The notes beneath the pieces were generated by a model. That model had not been told where the DNA came from. It worked only from the letters and a program-made list of their open reading frames with translations, and searched no databases. This document shows, in pieces, positions 56,326 to 64,000 of a DNA stretch of 64,000 nt. The position numbers and the translations under genes are program-made. The stretch spans positions 1,792,001 to 1,856,000 of the forward strand of contig CAWGMQ010000010.1 in assembly GCA_963823665.1 (NCBI GenBank), read 5' to 3'. This DNA is from an uncultured Planctomycetota bacterium (lineage in GTDB: Bacteria > Planctomycetota > Planctomycetia > Isosphaerales > Isosphaeraceae). The first letter of the stretch is position 1. Every line of letters begins with the position of its first letter.

Positions 56326-56629
56326 TGTGGCCTCCACCAGATAGCGGGATATTTGTGATGACTTCACGATTCCGACCACGTGAACGGTTATCACAACATG
56401 ATGGGGAGTGCTTGTCAAAAGGAATCATGGGCACGTGATCCGTTCGTCTTGCAGTGCTTTCGCTCGGACGGGGGCATTGCTGATCGGGGTGCTCGGGCGG
56501 TTGATGCTGGCGGTGAAGTGTGGTATCAGGCCGCTGGATGTCGCGATTGTCGGAGTGTTGCCGCGCGAGTAGAATCATGCTGTAGGGAATGCACGACCGG
56601 GTCGAGCCGGGAGCCGGCGGGGAGGTCGA

Positions 56630-57190
56630 ATGTCGTCCGCGATTCAGACAATTGCCACGCTCGACGATCTCCGGCGCGTGGACGGAAAGGCTGAGCTGAT
56701 CGCTGGGAGGATTGTTCACCTCATGCCGACAGCGCGTCTGCCGAGCCGCGTGGCCGCGCGGATCTATCGCAGCCTCGATGACCACGCTGAAGCCACCGGA
56801 CGTGGCGAGGCCTATACTGATAACACGGGGTTCGCTGTCCCTAAGTTGTCATCAGGCCGTGAGTCGTTTTCCCCGGATGCGTCGTATTACGTGGGTGCTC
56901 TTCCGCGGGATGACATGGACTTCGTACCAGGACCGCCAACACTTGCGGTGGAGGTTCGAAGCAAAGGCGATCACGGCGATCTGGCCGAGGCGAAGATGGA
57001 GGCCAAGCGAGCCGATTACTTCGAGGCGTGAACGTTGGTCGTGTGGGACGTCGACCCGAACGCGAGCTTGATCCGTGTTTATCGTGCGACGAAGCCGGAC
57101 CAACCTGAGACGTTTGGCCTGGGCCAGCTCGCTGATGCCGAGCCGGCGGTTGCCGGGTGGCAGATGCCGGTTGAGGCTGTGTTTGAGTAG
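56630..57190 (+). pseudogene. Uma2 (DUF820) family endonuclease with an in-frame TGA at 57029
   Basis: KAELIAGRIV, FSPDASY, PTLAVEVRS, KRADYFEA*TLVVWDVDP. The frame continues to TAG at 57190. Confidence 0.85.
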
Positions 57191-57251
57191 GTTCGGCTAA
57201 CGGTCTGGCCGGAACTGGGACGATCATTGTGAGCGTTCGAAGGGCTCACGG

Positions 57252-57838
57252 ATGCCACTCGCGTTTGTTTGCGCGAATGACCACGCCTGGCTGGCCGAGC
57301 CGTGGGAGCTGGGCCGTGCTGATTGCTTTCCTGAGACGTGCATCGCTTGCGGTGCCGCCGTGCGACTGGAAGAGCAGGAGGAGTCGGAGGGCCCGCGTGC
57401 GACGGTTTTTCCTGAAGGCTACAAGATTCTCGCTTCGCTGCAGGGATCGACGATGGCCGAGATGTACAAGGCCCGGCACCGACCCAGCGGCAGAGTGGCT
57501 GCGCTCAAGCTGAGCCTGGGTGACCCGGAGGTGACGGCTTACTCGCGGGCCGCCACGCGGCGGGAGGCGCGGCTGCTGGGCATGCTGGACCATCCCACGG
57601 GTTGGGGGCACTGCTTTACCAGGCACTCTCCGGGCGGCTGCCGTTTCACGGGATCTGCCTCGATGAGCGGGTGCGGCGGGGTCGCGTCGAGGTTCCGCCT
57701 CTCGCGGAACTGCAGCCAAAGGTTCCCGGCGCGCTCGATCGAATCTGTCTGCGCTGCCTCGAGCCCGAGCCCGATCGTCGTTTTCGCACGGCAGATGAGC
57801 TCGCTCTGGCGCTGCGGGGAGCGTCTGGCCGTGGGTGA
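57252..57838 (+). pseudogene. Zinc-ribbon Ser/Thr kinase remnant with the catalytic core deleted
   Basis: CANDH..CIAC, YKARH, VAALK, REARLLGMLDHP, then directly (Y)GLGALLYQALSGRLPF..ICLRCLEPEPDRRF in another frame. Confidence 0.7.
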
Positions 57839-58066
57839 AATGGACGATCTGGGCCGACCGGACGCGGTGCGTTGTGCGGCGTGAGACACCGAGATTCCGA
57901 TCGAGGTCACCAACGAGCCACGTTCCGGATTGCGCTTCGATTCCTGCCTGCAATGCGATACGCTGGTAACCGTGGATCAGTCGCTGGTCATGAACGACAT
58001 CGGCTCGTTGTCGGCACAGGCGATGCAGAATGTGAGCAATTGCCTGAGGGCGGCGTCAGGACTGCA

Positions 58067-59070
58067 ATGATGGGAAGCGCGCAGATCGTACCGCGGCCGG
58101 AGCATACTTCCGATGAGGCGGATAACCCCGTGCGTGACTCTCGCTCGTCCCGGACGAGCAGAAAGGCGAGGGCCAGCCTGATCCTGGGGTTGTGCGCCCT
58201 CGGAGCCTGTTTCAGTCTGGACAATCCGCTGGTTTTCCTGGTCGCCTGCTTCGTGGCCGGAGTGCCCGCGATCGTTGTGGGGCTGCTGGGATTGCGCGAA
58301 ATCAAGCGCGCGAACATGCCGGTCCTGGGAAAGGGGAATGCAATTGCCGGGATCGTGCTGGGAAGCCTGACGACGATCTTGACCTTGCTCACTCCGTTAG
58401 TGGTGGAAGGTCGTGAGCCGGGCGCCGCGCGGTGTGCACGAACAACCTGAAAGAGATCGCGATCGCCATGGCGAATTACGAATCTACATTCGGAACATTG
58501 CCGCCGGCCGCAACGTTCGACAAGGACGGCACGCCTCGCTTGAGCTGGCGCGTCTTGCTCCTTCCGTATCTCGAACAAGGCGAGCTCTATAACCAATTCC
58601 ACCTCGACGAGCCGTGGGATAGCGCTCATAACAAGCCCCTCGCCGACAAGATGCCCAGGGTGTTCCAGTGCCCGAGCGGGGAGTTGACTATGGGGTTGAC
58701 GACTTACGAAGTCATCATCGATCCCCATTCGATCTTCACGGGCGAGCGCTCCGGCGTCCCGTTCAGAGATGTGACCGACGGGACCAGTCGCACGCTCCTG
58801 GTCGTTGAGGGGGCGAAGCCCGTTCCCTGGACCAAGCCGGTGGACCTCTCGCTTGCGTCGAGCGAGCCCGCGCTCGGCATGGGGAGCAAGCATCCGAGCG
58901 GGTTCAACGTGTCAACGGCGGATGGGGCGGTGCGGTTTGTCAGAATGGCAGGCAAAGATGCGATCAGCACTTCGGATTTGAGGGCGATGGTCACGCGCGA
59001 TGGAAATGAGGAGGGTGAGAACATCGGCCCGAGATTCCAAATCCCCGGCTACCTGGAAGAAAGACCGTGA
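58067..59070 (+). CDS. DUF4190 plus DUF1559 protein; frameshift at ~58425
   Basis: KARASLILG..GKGNAIAGIVLG, CTNNLKEIAIAMANY, SWRVLLLPYLEQ, DVTDGTSRT, H-X9-DG (HPSGFNVSTADG). Confidence 0.85.
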
Positions 59071-59130
59071 AGCTGCCCGCCGTCGGTGCAGTATAGAAGT
59101 AGGAAGCACACGAGCACGGGAACGGGGGCG

Positions 59131-61845
59131 ATGGCGATGGGGAACCAAGGCGCGGTTGTGCGCGGGATTGAGCGGATCTGGAGCGGAGGGTCGCTCACGG
59201 GTCTCTCGGAGGGGCAGCTCCTGCGCCGGTTCGCCGCTGGGGATGAAGGGGCGTTCGAGGCTCTGGTCACGCGGCATGGGCCGATGGTGCTGGGCGTTTG
59301 CCGGCGAGTGCTCCGCGATCGGCTCGATGTCGAGGATGCCTTTCAGGCCACGTTCCTCGTGCTCTTGCGCAAGTGCAGCGCTCTGCGCGACGGCGAGCGG
59401 CTTGGGCCCTGGCTGCATGGCGTGGCGTATCGCGTGGCGGCACGGGTCAGAACACGTGCGATCCGGCGGCCGGGCGAGGAGCGTAAGGGCGCACGTCCCG
59501 AGACGGTGGAATCGGAACCGCACAGCGAACTGGAACTGAGCGAGCTCCGTGGACTGCTGGATGCGGAGATCGACCGGCTCCCCGAGGCGTACCGCCGTGC
59601 GGTCGTGCTTTGTTACCTTGAGGGCCAATCGCACGAGGAGGCGGCCCGACGGCTGCGGTGCTCGGCGGGCAGCGTGCGCGGGCGGCTGGACCGTGCCCGA
59701 CAAAAGCTGCGCGACCGCCTGACCCGGCGCGGCGTGGCGCCCTTGGCGGGTTTGACCGCACTGGCAGCAGGCGGCGACGCGGCATTCGCCTCGGTTGTCG
59801 TTCCGTCTCCGCTCGTCATCGGGACGGTCGCCACGCTGGCGCGCGCCGCGACGGCAAGCGCGGTCTCGGCCACGGGCTCGACGGCGGCCCTCGAGCTGGC
59901 CGACGGGGTTTTTCGCTCGATGTTCGTCGCGAAGCTCAAGCTGGTGGCCTTGCTCGTTGCCGGCATTCTCGCGCTGGGAACGCTGCCCTTCGTTGTTGCG
60001 TTCGAGCCGCGCGGGCCGGCGATGGCTGCCGGAGACGATCCGGCGCGATCGGGTGGCGCGTCTGCAACGGCTCACGTGCAGGGCATCACCGTGACGGGTC
60101 GCGTGCTCGACCAGGCGGGACAGCCCATTGGCGGCGCCCGGGTGGCGCGGGGCTCGGATCTCCGCGGGCAGGAAGTGATCGGCGAGGCGACGACTGACGC
60201 AACAGGGCGGTTCACGATGCGCGGCGTTTCGCCGGGCGAAGTGGTCCTGACGGTGCAGGCACGGGGCCATGCGCCCGACCTGGTGTCGTTGAGGACGGGA
60301 CCGGGTCTGCCGCTGGTCGAGTTCCAGCTTGGCCCGGGGCATAAGATCCTGGGCCGGATCGTCGACGCACATGATAAGCCCATCGCCGGAGCGCCGATTT
60401 CCGCGGATGAGTGGCGGGGGCACCATTCGCTGCGATGGAATACCCGGACCGACGCCGAGGGCCGATTCCGCTGGGATGACGCGCCGGCTGACGCCGTGAT
60501 GATCGACCTGGGCATGCTCGGATTCAACGCGAAGCGGTTCTGGTCGGCCACGGCCGACGCGCCCGAGAAGACGATTCCGATGCGCAGGCCGCTTCATGTC
60601 CGCGGCCGGGTCACCGACGCCGACACCGGCCGGCCGATCACAGCCTTCACGCTGGTGCCGGGTTTCACGTGGGAGAAGATCCAGAACGTGTGGTGGCTGA
60701 ACGATCGGGCAAAGGAGCTGACGGGTCTCTCTTATGACGTGCTCCTCTCAACGGAGGCAGGGCTCGGTGTCATCCGGATCGAGGCCGAGGGTTATTTGCC
60801 GGAGACCTCGAGGGGGTTGAAAGACGACGAGCAGGACGCCGTGGTCCACTTTGCGCTGCACCGCGGGTCCGGCATCTCGGGCATCGTCCGCTTGCCCGAC
60901 GGCTCGCCGCTGGCGGGGGCCGACGTGCTGCTATCGACCGCGGCGCGGCCGCTTCAGTTGAACAATGGCCGACCTCAGGTGGGGATGAGCGATCAGCGGA
61001 CCGTCAAGACGCGAGCGGATGGGCGATTTAACCTGGCGCCGAGCGAGCTGCCGTATACCATTGTCGTCGTGCACGACCGGGGACGGGCGGTGCTGCCAGT
61101 CCGGGCCGGGCCTGCCGGTCGGCACGAGCTTGCGATCGTGCCCTGGGGCCGGATCGAAGGTGTCTTGCGCTTCGGCCGGCAACTGGCGGCCGGCGAGAAG
61201 CTGTGTCTGGCGGTACAGCGTGTGCCCGACCCGGTCGACCTTGTGTACTGGCCTAACTACACGACAAGCGACGCCCAGGGGCGATTCACGTTCGAGCGGG
61301 TCGTGCCTGGCGAAGTGGGGATCTCGCGGCAGATCGAATATACGGATCGTGATATTGCGTCTGGCGGTGGAAGCCCGTCGGCGACGGTGCGCGTCGCGGC
61401 GGGGGCGACGGTGCGGCTTGACCTGGGTGGCACCGGACGGGCGGTGGTCGGCAAGACTGCGCTCCCCGCAGAACTGGCCGGCCGCAAAGATTGGCCTTAC
61501 GGTTTCTCCTATCTTGTCCGCAAGCCAGCGAGCATAGAGCCCGGCGGTGCGGGACGAGATGCGCCGTCTGTCGGGCGCCGCGCCGCGAGTTTTACTTTCA
61601 AGGTCGAGGCGGATGGATCGTTTCGCATCGAGGATGTCGAGGCCGGGACGTATGAGCTGGTCATCACAGCCCATGAAGTGCCGCCGGATCGGCGCGGGCT
61701 CGGGAACGTGCTTGCGACGACGCGCAGCGAGGTGGTCGTGCCGGCGATGCCGGGCGGACGCAGCGACTTGCCGCTGGATCTCGGGGCCGTGATGCTCACG
61801 GCGGTGAAGAAGCGGGGAGCAGCACCTGGCGCGCGGCAGCCGTAG
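59131..61845 (+). CDS. Membrane-anchored ECF sigma factor with long C-terminal carboxypeptidase-regulatory-like extension (ECF57-like)
   Basis: GQLLRRF, AFEALVTRHGPMVLGVCRRVL, DVEDAFQATFLVL, LPEAYRRAVVLCYLEG. TM segment. Repeated GRVLDQAGQPI..TDATGRF. Confidence 0.88.
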   Translation: MAMGNQGAVVRGIERIWSGGSLTGLSEGQLLRRFAAGDEGAFEALVTRHGPMVLGVCRRVLRDRLDVEDAFQATFLVLLRKCSALRDGERLGPWLHGVAYRVAARVRTRAIRRPGEERKGARPETVESEPHSELELSELRGLLDAEIDRLPEAYRRAVVLCYLEGQSHEEAARRLRCSAGSVRGRLDRARQKLRDRLTRRGVAPLAGLTALAAGGDAAFASVVVPSPLVIGTVATLARAATASAVSATGSTAALELADGVFRSMFVAKLKLVALLVAGILALGTLPFVVAFEPRGPAMAAGDDPARSGGASATAHVQGITVTGRVLDQAGQPIGGARVARGSDLRGQEVIGEATTDATGRFTMRGVSPGEVVLTVQARGHAPDLVSLRTGPGLPLVEFQLGPGHKILGRIVDAHDKPIAGAPISADEWRGHHSLRWNTRTDAEGRFRWDDAPADAVMIDLGMLGFNAKRFWSATADAPEKTIPMRRPLHVRGRVTDADTGRPITAFTLVPGFTWEKIQNVWWLNDRAKELTGLSYDVLLSTEAGLGVIRIEAEGYLPETSRGLKDDEQDAVVHFALHRGSGISGIVRLPDGSPLAGADVLLSTAARPLQLNNGRPQVGMSDQRTVKTRADGRFNLAPSELPYTIVVVHDRGRAVLPVRAGPAGRHELAIVPWGRIEGVLRFGRQLAAGEKLCLAVQRVPDPVDLVYWPNYTTSDAQGRFTFERVVPGEVGISRQIEYTDRDIASGGGSPSATVRVAAGATVRLDLGGTGRAVVGKTALPAELAGRKDWPYGFSYLVRKPASIEPGGAGRDAPSVGRRAASFTFKVEADGSFRIEDVEAGTYELVITAHEVPPDRRGLGNVLATTRSEVVVPAMPGGRSDLPLDLGAVMLTAVKKRGAAPGARQP

Positions 61846-61854
61846 TGGATCACA

Positions 61855-64000
61855 TCATTGCCCACTTTTGTCGGGCTCGACGATCCAGAATTGCAACTGG
61901 TCAGTTGTCCCTTCACCGATTCCCGAATCGGCTCCGAAATTCACTTGCAGCCAGTACCAGCCAGGCTTGAGCCCGGCATACCATTCGTTCAAGTCGAGCC
62001 GCAATGCCTCGAAAGATTCGCTCGGCGCAAGCGTCCGTGAGGCGTTACCGGGGTCGAACTGGTCGGTCCGGGCTGGTTGCCGGCGCGGGGCGGAAACGGC
62101 GTGCACGACGCCTTGACCATCGGCATCTCTGGGACGCACGTTCAGAACGAGTGACACTCCCCGGCGCAAAGCCGGCTTGCCGTCGGCCGCTGCGCGGATG
62201 AACTCCGTCGGCGCCGACTGCTCTATTCCATGTGCGTTGTGGAGACGAAGCGTGACGAGGACGGGTTGGCCGGGCGGGAACAGGGTGACGGATGGATCGG
62301 CCGTCTCGAGTCGTGCCGACAAGCCACTTGTCAAGTTCAGACGCCGATAGCGGTCGGGCGAGAACTCGATTTCCGAGGCCGGCACGCGTGCTATCGTCGC
62401 ATGCCCGACGAAACCGAAGTATCGCTCCCAGCGGTCTCCCTTCTTCACTTCTTCGGCCTGCCATACCCGGCCGTCCTGGAGAAAATTGCCGACGGGCGGA
62501 TCCGCGTTGGAACGGCGTATAATCGGGAATGACTTTAGCGCGAGCCAGCGGGCGCTCACAGGATGGCCTGCCGGAAGCGGAATGGTTCGAGACTCGCCCT
62601 CCTCCGTCAACGAGAACACAGCACGCCCCTCACGCACGTCTTCGGGCGTGGCCGGGTGTGCCAGCGCCGGGAAGCGTAGCTGGGCGACCAGGTCGCGGGT
62701 GTTGGCCACGCCCTGGACGTACTCGGCGGCGAAGCGCGGGCCGTACCGGCGCAGATACGCGGCGCATGCGGTGACGGCCGCGTCGCGTCGCGCCTCGGGC
62801 CAGGTCAGTGCGCATTCGGGGGCGCCGTCGAGCCAGGAGAGCTGCCACGCGACAAAATCGCACGCGCGGAACGGCACTTCGACTCCCGGGCTTTCCGCGG
62901 GATCGGGAAGGCGCACGTCGCTCGTACTGCCGCTGCCACCCGCCGCGAGCGTGTAGTGAAGCCCGCCCCGCTGCTGGCGCACGGCGGTCCCAGCCTTCGC
63001 CTTGTCGGCCAGTGCCCCAAGCAGGGCCTCGCGGTACGCGGGAACGCACACCAGCGGTGAACCGAGCTCGCGCTGGTACGGAAGATCGCGCCGGCCCTCT
63101 TCGGCGTGAACGATGGGCAGCCAGTGGGATTTCGGGTCGACGAACATCGCGCGCGCGGCCTTGGACAGCGCCGGGTGGTCCGGGTAAGTCCACAATGGCT
63201 CGAGTGCCCCGCGCCACGACATGCCGATCCAATCCGGATTGAACTCGTGAAGCCATGCGGCGTATTCGTCGAGGGCCTCGCGGTCGCCAGCCCGGGCACG
63301 GACGATCGTGAATTGGCCGATGCAACTGCTGTACACGCCGCCTGGCTGCCTCGCGTGGTCGGGGTCGCGTGATCGTTCGCGGCAGGCTGTCATGAGCGCC
63401 TTGAGTGTGGGCAGCGACCCGACTTCGTCCCACCAGATGAACCTGAGCGCGAGGCTACAGGCCTCTTGCAGCGTGATGTCGGGAACCGTCCGGGCATCCC
63501 CGCTTCGTGCCAACTCTATGCAACGACGGGCCAGCAGCTCCGAGACGCTGGGGTTGCGCAGCTTTCGGAGCAGCTCGCCGCGTGGCGCGCCCAGCTCCGC
63601 CAGCCCCGGCTTCCTGATGTTCAAGTACACCATGGGCGGTGCTGCACGGCCGGTCGGCTGAACGAGGCCCGACGCCGCTTCGATCCAGCGGGCCGGGCCG
63701 GCGGAGTCGTCGCGCAGGCTCCGATACCAGCGTTCAACCAAGGGCACCGAGGCGTTCTTCTCCCAGAATGCGCGGGCCGCCTGGGCCAGGCGTTTGCGGC
63801 CGTCTGCGGTTTCTAATGCGATGAAGTCGGACGACATGGCGTCCATGAAGCTTTCAGACTTGAGGATGCGGCGGAGCGCCAAGTAAGCGGCCCGGAAGAC
63901 TGGGCGGGCCTGGTCGAGCCCCCACCGGCTAGAAATGCAGCGGGTCAGCCTGGTGTCCGACTCGAGCGCGGCCAGCAGCGCGCCGACGGCCGGGTCGCCC
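61855..64000 (-). CDS. Large hypothetical protein (5'-partial)
   Basis: Frame is open to the window edge (GDPAVGALLAALESDTRLTR...). Coding-like composition, no family recognised. Confidence 0.75.
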   Translation of the reverse strand, partial: GDPAVGALLAALESDTRLTRCISSRWGLDQARPVFRAAYLALRRILKSESFMDAMSSDFIALETADGRKRLAQAARAFWEKNASVPLVERWYRSLRDDSAGPARWIEAASGLVQPTGRAAPPMVYLNIRKPGLAELGAPRGELLRKLRNPSVSELLARRCIELARSGDARTVPDITLQEACSLALRFIWWDEVGSLPTLKALMTACRERSRDPDHARQPGGVYSSCIGQFTIVRARAGDREALDEYAAWLHEFNPDWIGMSWRGALEPLWTYPDHPALSKAARAMFVDPKSHWLPIVHAEEGRRDLPYQRELGSPLVCVPAYREALLGALADKAKAGTAVRQQRGGLHYTLAAGGSGSTSDVRLPDPAESPGVEVPFRACDFVAWQLSWLDGAPECALTWPEARRDAAVTACAAYLRRYGPRFAAEYVQGVANTRDLVAQLRFPALAHPATPEDVREGRAVFSLTEEGESRTIPLPAGHPVSARWLALKSFPIIRRSNADPPVGNFLQDGRVWQAEEVKKGDRWERYFGFVGHATIARVPASEIEFSPDRYRRLNLTSGLSARLETADPSVTLFPPGQPVLVTLRLHNAHGIEQSAPTEFIRAAADGKPALRRGVSLVLNVRPRDADGQGVVHAVSAPRRQPARTDQFDPGNASRTLAPSESFEALRLDLNEWYAGLKPGWYWLQVNFGADSGIGEGTTDQLQFWIVEPDKSGQ

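Noticed and set aside
370..63824. Long overlapping or antisense ORFs (e.g. 590..2374, 11637..13076, 25155..27053, 40333..41847, 47962..49218, 58912..60597)
   Set aside because: Shadow frames of high-GC genes, with no recognisable motifs.

Overview
High-GC bacterial DNA with a planctomycete gene signature, most like Isosphaeraceae (inferred from DUF1501, DUF1549/1553, DUF1559, LEPRxLL-type leaders and ECF/kinase pairs). Many genes carry 1-2 nt indels that look like sequencing errors, so several CDS are reconstructed across frames. Bases 1-32.7 kb are an all-plus-strand tandem array of one cassette in four states of decay. The cassette is: structured leader, TIGR03118 gene, giant beta-helix/MBG surface protein, ECF43-like (TIGR02999) sigma factor, bipartite promoter-like motif, and a membrane Ser/Thr kinase with a variable TPR or WD40 sensor. 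Two non-coding signals stand out. The first is a three-copy ~90-nt two-hairpin element that looks like an antisense small RNA (minus-strand TACAAT box, UUGGCG hexaloop). The second is a six-copy motif [TG][GT][AG]CG[CG]-N17-CGC[AT]T with a fixed spacer, mostly right after sigma genes or their remnants. The right half holds amrB, an alpha/beta hydrolase, a BlaI-M56-DUF1549/1553-DUF1501 operon with a clear palindromic operator, a glycoside hydrolase-like gene, FHA and prenyltransferase-repeat genes, an ELWxxDGT protein, TIGR03032, an HTH-HipA toxin-antitoxin pair, VOC, Uma2, DUF4190-DUF1559, a C-terminally extended ECF sigma and REP-like palindromes. No rRNA, tRNA, CRISPR array, transposase or integrase was recognised. 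All family assignments are by motif recognition, not database search.
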